Of a DNA stretch of 64,000 nucleotides, positions 7,590 through 17,169 are shown one piece after another. Location of the stretch: positions 1,184,001 to 1,248,000 of the forward strand of contig OZ244034.1 of the NCBI GenBank assembly GCA_965215185.1, given 5' to 3'. Positions within the stretch are counted from its first letter, which is position 1. Every line of letters begins with the position of its first letter. The stretch is from Acidimicrobiia bacterium (GTDB lineage: Bacteria > Actinomycetota > Acidimicrobiia > Spongiisociales > ZC4RG35). The notes under the pieces are model-generated. The model saw only the letters and a list, made by a program, of their open reading frames with translations, was not told where the DNA came from and did no database searches. A program made the translations under genes and the position numbers.

Positions 7590-10280
7590 TCAACCTCCTT
7601 GTTCTATTTTTTCGGCAACTGTCCGGGCTCTGGCGAGCCAGGAATTTTCTTCCCCGCGCCGTCGCAGACGGTTGCGGAGTTCGGGATCTTTGGAGTCTGC
7701 CAGCGCCAGATCCAGCGCCTTTGACATTCCCTCAGCATCACAATAGGAATGCACTTCCGGAAAAGCCACAACTTCCGGCATCTTGCTACACACCACCGGT
7801 TTTCCTCCCGCGAAGTATTCAAATAGCTTGAGCGGGGATGTAGACACAGTGATCTCGCTGACCACAAACGGGATCATGGCCACATCGAAGGACTGAAGCC
7901 ATCTGGGCAGGTCCTGATAGGGCTGAGCGGTGACCCATTCCACATTAGGCAGGGTGAACACCGGGCGGTTCTTAGCGCTCTGGTCATAGGCGGGTCCAAT
8001 CAGCAGAAAGCTCCAGTCTTTTCGCTTCTCGGCCACCTCGGCCAGCAAGTCGTAATCCATCCAGCGGGCGATGGCGCCGTAGTAGCCGACGATAGGCCGG
8101 CCTTCCTGGAGGAAGCGTTGGAGGGCAGGATGAGCAGGTGAGGATACTTCCCAGTTGGCGAAATGCTCGAACTCCACCGCGTTGGGCAGATATATGGTGT
8201 CCGGGCGGTGTTCGCTTGCCTTTTCCAGCAGACTCCGGGCGCTGGCCGAGGTCATCGCAGCCCCCGAGAGAGCCAGGTCATGAAGTCCGTGCAGTTTATT
8301 CAGGTCGTACCCGTCGAAGACATCAAGTTCATCTATCCAGTCGTAGAGAGTCCGGGTTCCCTCCGGGAAGTCGGCGGCGCGTTCCCAGTTGTAGGTGAGC
8401 GCCCAAACCAGCGGATCGGGCAGGAGATGGAGAACCTCGGGAGGACCGTTGTAAAGGAAAAGTCGGGGCTCGATCTCTTCCCACCCGGGCTTTCCCTGGT
8501 TGGAATTGTCGAAGATCACGGTGTAACCCAGACGGGCAAAGGCTTGGGCAAGTTGCTGTGGTCTTTGAAACAGATGGACATACCAGTCGATGTTGAGCAG
8601 AAAGACCACGACTCCCCGGCTGTCGGCAATCCGGTCGGTGACCACATCAGGAATCGGCGACTGCGGACCGTCAGATGAAGACGGATGTTCGCTCTGCGGC
8701 TTCCCGGCCAGCCTCATGGCCTTCTGGCGGAGCTTGCTGCGGACCCTCCAATATTTGGTCACCATTTGGATGGCGCGGGTTTGACGTAGATCGTCGAGTT
8801 CCAACTGGAGCAAATCGCCTCGTCGCTCCGCAAACTGGTGCTGATCGTATGCCGCCTGCACTTCCTCACGGGCCAGTTGCAACTCCTCACGGGCCAACTG
8901 CAATTCATCCTGAGTAGACCGGAGTGCGTCCTCTTTCCTGATGATGCGGTTCCGAAGATCCAGATTGTCTCCCTTGGTGTTATCCAAATTGGTCTGCGTT
9001 TCGGAAAGATTCCGGGTGAGAGCTAGGGCAATCTCCTTTTGGATGGCCTGAAAACCGCTGGATGGCGTTTCGTCCATCCCCCCGGCCATAGCCTTGTCGA
9101 CCGAAGATCGGAAAGAACGGGCCTTGCCCAGCATCGATTCCGCCTGAACGTACATGAAATGAGAGAGGTCGGGACAATTCCTCCAGACTTCTTCAAGTGA
9201 TTCATTCAAGCGGGCCCAGGAGCCCTCATCATCGGAAAGGCTCCAACGGCCAAGGCCAAGTTCGGTGACCATACGGGTCACTTTGGGATCGTAAGAAACC
9301 GACACCGAAGGGGTTCGGTTCATCGCCGCCAGGATGGTTCCGTGCAATCGCATGTTGAGGGCCAAATCGCACCGCCCAAATACCGTGAGCAGTTGACCGG
9401 GGTTGAGACCGGGTGGGACGACATACACATTGGCAGTCATCTGTTCACTCATGCGGTCACAACAACGGCGGTCGTCGAAGTCCCCGGAGCCCAACTCTTG
9501 CATAGGGACGAAAACCACTGACCCACCGTTCTTCTCACAGAAGATGTCCAGGGCCTCGGCCAACTCTTGCTCCCGCTTGGCCTGAACCCCCGAAGGCCCC
9601 CATGATCGGGGAGCCACTGCAACTAGTGGTCGGACCGCACTCGAGAGCATCTCGTTCACATCCGCGGGCAATTCGTCCGGTTTGATCAGCCAAGCGGGGT
9701 CCCCAACCACCTGGGAATCAACAATGCCAAGCGACTCCAGTTCGGATTGGTCCTCTTGGGTCCGGACCGTGAATACCGAGGAGACCTCGGCCAATGCCTT
9801 CACCCAGCGCCGGGATCTGCCGCTATGAAAGGGACCCACCCCCACTCCCCACACCAGGACCGGACGCCCGACGGCGGCGGCGGCGAAAGCAGGCCCCAGA
9901 TAGCCGGGAATATCCCCCGCCTCTCGGCTAAGAACATGCTCCGGTCGGAAACCCCACTGGTCGGACAGGAGACCCCCTCCCCCCACTATCACCATCCGGG
10001 ACCGATAGGCAGCGGACAACACCGCCGGGATGTCGGCCCGGTCCACAGCAAGAACCCCGTGTCTGACCAAGGTGTCCTCAGGGTCCCCGGACACAACCAC
10101 CCAGCGCCCTGCGGGCGACACCTGCCGAAGGAGCCTCAACATCCCGGCTAGGATGGCTTCATCTCCGAGGTTCTGGAATCCGTAGTGACCAACGATCAAT
10201 GCATCGGGTGAAACAGAAATGTCTGTTACTCCACTTGCGGACGACGAACCGACGCTTGACACGAACTCAAAGGCTATCAC
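7590..10280 (-). CDS. Polysaccharide pyruvyltransferase (CsaB-like) - coiled coil - glycosyltransferase (GT-B, TuaH-like) fusion
   Basis: N-term GHYGFQNLGDEAIL, VGGGGLLSD, GVGVGP, MRLHGTI, SYDPKV; heptad E/Q/L-rich middle; C-term FQRPQQLA, GYYGAIARW, SPLKLFEYFAGGKPVV; start uncertain. Confidence 0.88.
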   Translation of the reverse strand: MIAFEFVSSVGSSSASGVTDISVSPDALIVGHYGFQNLGDEAILAGMLRLLRQVSPAGRWVVVSGDPEDTLVRHGVLAVDRADIPAVLSAAYRSRMVIVGGGGLLSDQWGFRPEHVLSREAGDIPGYLGPAFAAAAVGRPVLVWGVGVGPFHSGRSRRWVKALAEVSSVFTVRTQEDQSELESLGIVDSQVVGDPAWLIKPDELPADVNEMLSSAVRPLVAVAPRSWGPSGVQAKREQELAEALDIFCEKNGGSVVFVPMQELGSGDFDDRRCCDRMSEQMTANVYVVPPGLNPGQLLTVFGRCDLALNMRLHGTILAAMNRTPSVSVSYDPKVTRMVTELGLGRWSLSDDEGSWARLNESLEEVWRNCPDLSHFMYVQAESMLGKARSFRSSVDKAMAGGMDETPSSGFQAIQKEIALALTRNLSETQTNLDNTKGDNLDLRNRIIRKEDALRSTQDELQLAREELQLAREEVQAAYDQHQFAERRGDLLQLELDDLRQTRAIQMVTKYWRVRSKLRQKAMRLAGKPQSEHPSSSDGPQSPIPDVVTDRIADSRGVVVFLLNIDWYVHLFQRPQQLAQAFARLGYTVIFDNSNQGKPGWEEIEPRLFLYNGPPEVLHLLPDPLVWALTYNWERAADFPEGTRTLYDWIDELDVFDGYDLNKLHGLHDLALSGAAMTSASARSLLEKASEHRPDTIYLPNAVEFEHFANWEVSSPAHPALQRFLQEGRPIVGYYGAIARWMDYDLLAEVAEKRKDWSFLLIGPAYDQSAKNRPVFTLPNVEWVTAQPYQDLPRWLQSFDVAMIPFVVSEITVSTSPLKLFEYFAGGKPVVCSKMPEVVAFPEVHSYCDAEGMSKALDLALADSKDPELRNRLRRRGEENSWLARARTVAEKIEQGG

Positions 10281-10301
10281 GCAAAACAGGAGGATGGTTT
10301 A

Positions 10302-11558
10302 ATGCCGTTTGACCTGACCGCCGCCCTAGAGGCCGCCGACAACCTGCGCGGCTACGAAACAGGAATGCTCTCCTCTTTGGTCTCCTGCCTTAGCGTGCGC
10401 GCCGAGGCATCCGATGTGCATGAATTGTGCGCTAAAGAACTGGAGGGGTTGGGAATGGAGGTGGAGTTGGTCGTTCCCCGGGTGGAAGAGTTGGAAAGCC
10501 ACCCCGAGTGGTGTCCCCCAAGTCCGGCCAGCATCGAACCGGGACGGCTGGTAAGCGTGCTGGGATCATATGGTGAAGGTCCGGGCATTTTCTTGTTTGC
10601 CCATACCGATACCGAGCCCCCCGATCCCCGTGGTGCCTGGGATACCGATCCCTACCGGGCGACGGAGGTGGGAAATCGGATCTACGGCGTGGGCGCCGCT
10701 GACGACAAGGCAGGGGTGGTTTCGGTGCTGGCCGCCGCCCGGGCTCTGCTCCCTCACCTGGCGGGAGTGCGGCTGGTGGTAGGGCTTGTGCACAGCAAGC
10801 TGGGGGGCGGTTTGGGGACGCTTCCCACCATTGCACGGGTAGGAAATGTGGATACCTCCATCTACTGTCACCCGGCGGAGACTGGTCAGGGAATGACCCA
10901 CTTCAAGATCGCCACCCGCGGCTTTTTCAACTTTCGCATCGAGACGGTGGGCAGGCGCCCCGACCCGGTGGAGATCCGCACACCCAACTCCGAGGATCCC
11001 CGCCAGGGAGTCAACGCCTTTACACGTCTGCGGCGAGTCCTGGACGAGGTGGACCGATGGGCAGACCGGGAAGGGATGCTGTGCTCGGTGAACTGGATTT
11101 CGGCAGGCATCAATCCGATCACGCTGCCCGAGCATGCTGTGGCAGAGGGGTCCGTCTGGTTCCGCCACGGGACAGTATCCGAAGTCTACGAGGGCCTGAA
11201 CCAATGCGCCCTAGGGGCGGGGGCGCTCTCCACGCAATTGTTCGGCCTCCAATCGAACCCAGCCGAGATTCCTCCCGATCATCCTCTGGTAACAGCCACC
11301 ACCCTCGCGATTGGCGCCGAAACCGGAATCACTCCCGCCGTATACCCGGCCCATGTAGCCAGCGACATCCGCTTTCCGATCCGCTGCCTGAACGCCGCCA
11401 CGGTGGGATTCGGCGCCAAGGCCGGAAACTTCTATGGCCCCAACGAGTGGGTGGATGCCGAGGACATGCACCGCGCCACCCGAGTGATAGTGCGGATCGT
11501 TTCTGCCTGGGCCGACCAGGCGACCAGCGGTAGTCCCTGGCCGCGTTTGGGTAGTTAG
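10302..11558 (+). CDS. M20/ArgE-like metallo-hydrolase with atypical ligand set
   Basis: AHTDT, IYGVGAADDKAG, GVNA, SDIR, PNEWV motifs; GGAGG-like SD upstream. Confidence 0.8.
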   Translation: MPFDLTAALEAADNLRGYETGMLSSLVSCLSVRAEASDVHELCAKELEGLGMEVELVVPRVEELESHPEWCPPSPASIEPGRLVSVLGSYGEGPGIFLFAHTDTEPPDPRGAWDTDPYRATEVGNRIYGVGAADDKAGVVSVLAAARALLPHLAGVRLVVGLVHSKLGGGLGTLPTIARVGNVDTSIYCHPAETGQGMTHFKIATRGFFNFRIETVGRRPDPVEIRTPNSEDPRQGVNAFTRLRRVLDEVDRWADREGMLCSVNWISAGINPITLPEHAVAEGSVWFRHGTVSEVYEGLNQCALGAGALSTQLFGLQSNPAEIPPDHPLVTATTLAIGAETGITPAVYPAHVASDIRFPIRCLNAATVGFGAKAGNFYGPNEWVDAEDMHRATRVIVRIVSAWADQATSGSPWPRLGS

Positions 11559-11839
11559 TGCTTTCGGCTGTGGCGTTGGTCGGGTGACGATTGCCGACAG
11601 TAACCGGCCAAAAGCTCAGTCGCTATTAAGGGCCTGAGATTGCCGATTCGGAACCAAGCTTCTCTCCGATAGGACCTTGGAGCATCCCGTATCCCCACGG
11701 GACGCACACCCACCCAAACCTGGACAACTCGCGAAAACAACGGCAAGGAGACGGCGGGGGAGGGAACCCAACAGGAAACAAACCACCCACCCCGAAATTC
11801 GCGACTTAGCGTCGCCGTGAATGACTCTCTACTTGAAGG

Positions 11840-12595
11840 TTAAGAAATGGATTGGCCGCCGTCGAGGTAGATGGTGGAGCCGGTGGCCATTCTTGAGTCT
11901 TCGCAGGCTAGGAATACTGCGGCGCCGACTATGTCTTCGGGTACGCCGATGATGCCTAGGGGAATCCTGGTCAATCGGTATTTGCGAAAACTCGGCTCGG
12001 AGAGGTCAGATCGGTTCAAGTCGGTCTCGATCAGTCCGGGGCCGATGGCGTTGGTGCGGATTCCGTACTGAGCGAGCTCGAACGCAAGTTGGCGGGTGAG
12101 CATCTGTACGCCTCCCTTGGCCACGCAGTAGTGGGTTAGGTCCTTTCCAGCTATCTTGTCTCCTGCCGACGACATGTTGATGATCACCCCGCCATCTCCC
12201 TGACGGACCATCTGTTTGGCAGCGGCCTGCGAACACAGGAAAAAACCTTTCAGGTTCACCGCCAGGATCCGATCCCACTCTGACTCCTCGATCTGGAGGA
12301 AAGGGGTCCGGATCAGGATGCCGGCGTTATTCACCAATATGTCTATCCGCCCGAAGTTGTCAACGGCAGCCGCAATTAGAGCGGCCACGTCTGATGATGA
12401 GGAGGTATCGGCTCTCACCGCGATGGCCTCCGAGCCCATTTGTTCGATTTCGGCCACCGCCGAGTGGGCAGCTTCCGCATCGCTGTGATAGTTGACCACT
12501 ACTTTCGCCCCTTCTCGCCCGTACCCGAGGGCGATGGCCCTCCCGATAGAACGGGAGGACCCAGTGACGATCGCTACTTTGTCTCTTAACCGCAT
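11840..12595 (-). CDS. Short-chain dehydrogenase/reductase
   Basis: VTGSSRSIG, NNAG, YCVAK catalytic motif, PGLIET; start set at MRLRDKVAIV. Confidence 0.92.
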   Translation of the reverse strand: MRLRDKVAIVTGSSRSIGRAIALGYGREGAKVVVNYHSDAEAAHSAVAEIEQMGSEAIAVRADTSSSSDVAALIAAAVDNFGRIDILVNNAGILIRTPFLQIEESEWDRILAVNLKGFFLCSQAAAKQMVRQGDGGVIINMSSAGDKIAGKDLTHYCVAKGGVQMLTRQLAFELAQYGIRTNAIGPGLIETDLNRSDLSEPSFRKYRLTRIPLGIIGVPEDIVGAAVFLACEDSRMATGSTIYLDGGQSIS

Positions 12596-12614
12596 GGTTG
12601 GTTTCCGATCCCGA

Positions 12615-13655
12615 CTATTCCAGCTCGAAACCGGGAACCACGAATTTACCCCGATCGATGATCTGAGTGTCCCCGATGGCAATCGAGTGGTTGCGGGTGG
12701 GGATGTCATAGTGGAAGTTCACCCGGTTTTCACCGCCAAGCTTGCGGAAAAAGTTGGCACCGAAGGCGATGAGCATGTTGCCGTAATAGCTTTCGGTGTC
12801 CATCACTCCCCCACCTTCCCAGAAGCGCAGCCCCAACGCGTTCCAGTTGGCCCGGTGCTCGTAACCCCAGCCAATGTGGGAAACACCGTAGGCCCGCTTG
12901 TCCTTGGGAAGCTCGAAGAAGTCCTTGAGAAGCCGGGCATCGGCGCCACCATCGATGGAAACGACGCTTCCTTCCCGCAACTCCATACGGATCGGGTCGT
13001 TGACGTATCGTCCCATCGGCAACAGCGCGTCACCTGCGTCTACCACCAAGGTGCCTTCCGCTGAATCCTCCAGCGGCGCAACGCCACACTGCCCCGACGG
13101 CCAATGATCCCACCGTCCGGGCTCATCGGTGTAGCCGTACTGCGATCCGAGCGGACGACCCGTGTAACGAACTGTCAGATCGGTCCCGGCATCCGACCAG
13201 ACCCGCATGATGTCCGACGTCGCCATGTACTTCACGCTCGCCTCGCCGCGCTTGCGAATAATGGGAATCGGAAACAGGCGGCGCAAGTGGTCTTCGGGCT
13301 CTTCAATCATCAAGCTGCGAACGCCGGCCTCCAAGGCCTCGTTGTGGGCGTCGGAATAGATCCAGTGCGATCCCATGCTGGCCAAAAAGCCCACTACCAA
13401 GTCCGACCCCTTCCAGGCGTCGACGATGGTGCGCGATTTCATCCAGGAATCATCGGAGGCCACCATGATCTGAAAAAAGTCGCCATCCAGCACCGCCACC
13501 GCTCCCATCAGGGCGGTCACATAGGCCGGGTTACTCTGGGTGTTGGTGAAAGCCATAACAGTTTGTCCGGGGCCAACCCCGCACAACTCCATATGGTCTC
13601 TGAACATCGGCACCAATTCGGCGCCGGCTGCGGCTGTGGTAGGAACTCTACGCAA
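12615..13655 (-). CDS. 2,5-dihydroxypyridine dioxygenase (NicX)-like / M29 aminopeptidase-fold protein
   Basis: GTDLTV, PGRWDHWPSG, SHIGWG, GNMLIAFGAN, HYDIP motifs resembling NicX. Confidence 0.7.
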   Translation of the reverse strand: MRRVPTTAAAGAELVPMFRDHMELCGVGPGQTVMAFTNTQSNPAYVTALMGAVAVLDGDFFQIMVASDDSWMKSRTIVDAWKGSDLVVGFLASMGSHWIYSDAHNEALEAGVRSLMIEEPEDHLRRLFPIPIIRKRGEASVKYMATSDIMRVWSDAGTDLTVRYTGRPLGSQYGYTDEPGRWDHWPSGQCGVAPLEDSAEGTLVVDAGDALLPMGRYVNDPIRMELREGSVVSIDGGADARLLKDFFELPKDKRAYGVSHIGWGYEHRANWNALGLRFWEGGGVMDTESYYGNMLIAFGANFFRKLGGENRVNFHYDIPTRNHSIAIGDTQIIDRGKFVVPGFELE

Positions 13656-13833
13656 CGGTCTTCTCCTTTAGGGCTCTGGGCCTATCGTACCCCGTCTCAC
13701 CCCCCGGTGCCCAGCTAAGACAACCACGAACTTCCCAACCAGCCATGGTTGGCGTCGCACTATCCACCCACCCCCCGTGCCAAAGCCCCAGGCGTAGGGA
13801 TCAGCTTTGAAAGGTCACAACTGTCGAGGTCAC

Positions 13834-16125
13834 TCACTTGATCACGATAAGGCTGAACCCGGAGCCATATATCACGATGCCCAAGTCATCAATCCCGTCA
13901 ACTTGCTCTTCCCACACTTCCTCGAACGTCTCGACCTTGACAAACTCCTCGTTCACCTGGAACTTGTGGCTGGCGTGATAACTCCACAAGGTGAAGAAGG
14001 TACGGAACTTTCGGCCGGGAGCGTATAACTCGACTTCCTCAAGACTTAGACCCGGAGTGGTGGCGAACTCGCGATTCCGGAGTTCCTCAAGTTCCTTCTC
14101 ATCCTGGGCGTCCTTCACGATCCAGACAATTAAACGAGAATCCACATAACTGATCTCGTTCGAGTCCAAGGCGTCGTCCCTATCTCTGTCACTGAAAATC
14201 TCAGCATCGATGCTGACAAGGAACTCATAACTATTCCTGAAACCAGAGGGGACTTCAATCTCAATATCGGCAGTCACGCCCCTCCGGTTGACAATGATGC
14301 TCGGGGTCCCCGAAGCGCCGGGGGTTGCTTCCACTGTGTAAGTACCGTCACCAAAAGGAGTCAGGGCATGGTATAGCTGGTAACTCAGGGTGGCAGACAG
14401 GTCAGTATTGGACCTTCCCGTGTAGCGAGAGTCCGTACCCCGCAGGGTCGCTCCGTATTGGTCGAGCAACTCGTATTCAACGGTGAATTCAATCCTGTCG
14501 CCGTCCCGCTCTTGGTACAACTCGAAGTCGGGCTGGGCGGCCACTAAGACGGAGCCACCATCACTCCAGGCAATCTGATGACTTTGCTTTGTGCAACAAT
14601 CTGCCTCGAAAGTCACCGTGTCCAAGCGTTCGTCACTGGTCGGACCCCTCAAGTTGAACGTGGCCTTGCCCGTGCTGTCCGTTAGCACCGGCGTGTCTTC
14701 ACTGGTGTTACGTCCCATGCTGACAAAGCCGGGATCTGGCAGACCACCGGTCACATCCGCAGCTTCCACCCTTATCCGGCGGCTCTCAACTTCGATATCT
14801 ATTGGCACTCCCTCCCTCTCCAAGCGAGTGCCATCTTCATCGAGGAGTTGGATGGCGAATGCCACAGATGAACGTCGATCCAGGTCAACTATGAATGCCC
14901 CGTCACCGCCTATCCGGGCAGCGTTGGCAGGCACGTCGTGCTTCACAAAGAGGCTGTCTGCATCCTTTTCAGACTTTGCTTGGGCCATCGAGAAATCCGA
15001 AATGTCGTCATCGAATTCTTCTCCGTCCCGGCGGCCGACCCAGCCATAGCTGCTCATGGTTGCACCCGGTGTTGCATCAAAATAGGTAAAAACGTTCCCA
15101 TCCAGATCGGTGACCTCGTCTTCGTCATCGTCCCAGACGCAGTCACCCTTTCCCAGGATCACCCCCTCATCACAAGTGCCGTCTCTCTGCAGCCCGCCAC
15201 CGGGATCATCGGTGTAGAACCAGTCCACCGCCCCATCCTCGACAGGAGCGAAGCTGTCGTCGCGAACGGAAACCATCATCACGATTTCGAAATCTTCCAC
15301 ACCCTCAGTGGGTGTCACCTGCACCAGCACGCCTCTTGGGCGCAGATTGGAATGGTCCAGAATCGCCGCCATGAACTCCGCCATCACCGCCCGGGACATG
15401 TCTGTGTTCGGACCATACGTAACGTTGGACAATCCGCTCGCCACCCCCAGTTCGTATAGTTCGATCACCGCTTCGTTGACGGTGTGGGAAACCCTTTCCA
15501 GGTCCTGGAAAGGAGAAGCAACGTCAAAGTTTCCGTCGTTGTCATTGACATCATCGGGTATGAATCCAAATGCCCGTCGCCCGTCTGCCACTGGAACCAT
15601 TCGGTCCATAAGCCGCTGCAAGAAGAGCGCCATCTCGCCGCGGCTGACATTCCGGGCTGGCGCATAGGTAGTGGCGCTTGCGCCGACCGTAATCCCCAAT
15701 TGGTATATCTGGCTGATGGCCTCCCGGGACAATGGCTTCAAATCCGCCACGTCTTCGAAGGGAGTCTCTCCAGCCGGGGGGAGGTTGATGCCCACCAGCC
15801 TGGCAAATCGGACCAATAAAAGCGCCATGTGCTCGCGGATGACCGGCCGGTCCGGCGAAAATGTAGTGGCAGAGGTGCCATTGGTTATCCCGTAGTAAGC
15901 AATGCAATCGATGTCGCCGGCGCTGGGGTGGCCGGCAGACACATCGACAAACCCGGTGCTGGGGATGATGTTCTCCGGGCAAGCCTCCAAAGAGGCACCA
16001 TAGTCGGGCGCCGGGTCGGCGGCCTTGAGAGGTGTCGGGAAGATCACTAACGCGCTGATAAGCAACGATGAAGCGGCCAGCAACCCAACTGAGCGATTCA
16101 AGTTTATGGAGAAGCGAGTTGCCAC
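13834..16125 (-). CDS. Secreted SLH-domain cell-surface protein, acidic
   Basis: Signal peptide ending LKA-A; three SLH-like repeats (FVDV..VIREHMALLL, FEDV..VSRGEMALFL, FQDL..MSRAVMAEFM); long beta-rich C-terminal region; start 16125 or 16131. Confidence 0.82.
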   Translation of the reverse strand: MATRFSINLNRSVGLLAASSLLISALVIFPTPLKAADPAPDYGASLEACPENIIPSTGFVDVSAGHPSAGDIDCIAYYGITNGTSATTFSPDRPVIREHMALLLVRFARLVGINLPPAGETPFEDVADLKPLSREAISQIYQLGITVGASATTYAPARNVSRGEMALFLQRLMDRMVPVADGRRAFGFIPDDVNDNDGNFDVASPFQDLERVSHTVNEAVIELYELGVASGLSNVTYGPNTDMSRAVMAEFMAAILDHSNLRPRGVLVQVTPTEGVEDFEIVMMVSVRDDSFAPVEDGAVDWFYTDDPGGGLQRDGTCDEGVILGKGDCVWDDDEDEVTDLDGNVFTYFDATPGATMSSYGWVGRRDGEEFDDDISDFSMAQAKSEKDADSLFVKHDVPANAARIGGDGAFIVDLDRRSSVAFAIQLLDEDGTRLEREGVPIDIEVESRRIRVEAADVTGGLPDPGFVSMGRNTSEDTPVLTDSTGKATFNLRGPTSDERLDTVTFEADCCTKQSHQIAWSDGGSVLVAAQPDFELYQERDGDRIEFTVEYELLDQYGATLRGTDSRYTGRSNTDLSATLSYQLYHALTPFGDGTYTVEATPGASGTPSIIVNRRGVTADIEIEVPSGFRNSYEFLVSIDAEIFSDRDRDDALDSNEISYVDSRLIVWIVKDAQDEKELEELRNREFATTPGLSLEEVELYAPGRKFRTFFTLWSYHASHKFQVNEEFVKVETFEEVWEEQVDGIDDLGIVIYGSGFSLIVIK

Positions 16126-16197
16126 AAACACCTCACGGCACTGGCGAAGGGACTTATCGTACCGAGTCCAACCCGCGTCCCTCCCGCCGTCACCCTT

Positions 16198-17148
16198 CTA
16201 AGCTGACCACACCCTCTTGAATAGATCAATCCAGTTATGACCGAGAATGCCCGCCATGGCATCGCAGGGATAGCCCCGTTTGATGAGCTCATTGGTGATG
16301 TTGGGAATCTGAGCAGGTGTCTCCAGACCGATCGGATAAGTGCCTGAATCGTCGGGATAGTCCTCGATGCTCCACTCGCCTGAAGCGATCATCTCTGCAT
16401 GGACCGCCGGGCTGGTTTCGCAGAAATCCAGCCCCAACCCGACCTGGTGAGGTCCGATCAGGTCGACCAGGTAGTCGATGTGATCCACCAGGTCGGCCGC
16501 TGTAGCGCCTTTGCCTCCCTGTTTGAGGAAGGCCGGATAGGCGTTGACCCCCACCAATCCGCCCAAGTCCGCCACCGCCCTGATCTGCTCGTCGTCTATA
16601 TTGCGGCGATTGGCACAGAGCGCCAGTGGGTTGGAGTGCGAAAAGACCGGAGGGGAGGACGAGACCCGCATGGCGTCCATGGTGGTGCGCCGACCGGTGT
16701 GGGACAGATCCACCACCATACCAAGACGGTTCATCTCCCCAATGACCTCCCGGCCGAACGAGGTGAGGGGGCCATCACCGGGTTCCAGACACCCGTCTCC
16801 CACCAGGTTGGTCCGGTTGTAGCAGATCTGGACCATCCGCAGGCCCTGGCGGTAGAACCGCTCGTAGTTAGCCAGGTCGTCGCCTAGCGGGAGGGTGTTC
16901 TGGAAGTGGATGATCACACCCAGCTTCCCGGCCACGGGGAACTGGTCGAAGTCCGAAGGCTCATCGATTCCGATCAGGCGGTCGTCCTCGGTCAACCACC
17001 GGTCCCACTGGTCAAGCAAATCCTGGGTCTCGGCAGGAGTCTCCCAGTTGGCCGCGGTGGGCACCGCGATATCCACCTCTCCCTCGATCCAACTGTCCCA
17101 AGAGTCGGGGTCGGTCATCAAGGGGCAGACCCCGTCAACAACAGTCAT
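16198..17148 (-). CDS. Membrane dipeptidase (M19) family protein
   Basis: MNRLGMVVDLSH, FSHSN, RNIDDEQI, VDHIDY, VGLGLDF motifs. Confidence 0.88.
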   Translation of the reverse strand: MTVVDGVCPLMTDPDSWDSWIEGEVDIAVPTAANWETPAETQDLLDQWDRWLTEDDRLIGIDEPSDFDQFPVAGKLGVIIHFQNTLPLGDDLANYERFYRQGLRMVQICYNRTNLVGDGCLEPGDGPLTSFGREVIGEMNRLGMVVDLSHTGRRTTMDAMRVSSSPPVFSHSNPLALCANRRNIDDEQIRAVADLGGLVGVNAYPAFLKQGGKGATAADLVDHIDYLVDLIGPHQVGLGLDFCETSPAVHAEMIASGEWSIEDYPDDSGTYPIGLETPAQIPNITNELIKRGYPCDAMAGILGHNWIDLFKRVWSA

Positions 17149-17169
17149 AGCTGTCCCTCAGATTACCTG

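Noticed and set aside
11560-11839. 280-bp gap between convergent genes with a 63-aa ORF
   Set aside because: No motif, SD, terminal inverted repeats or second copy in the window
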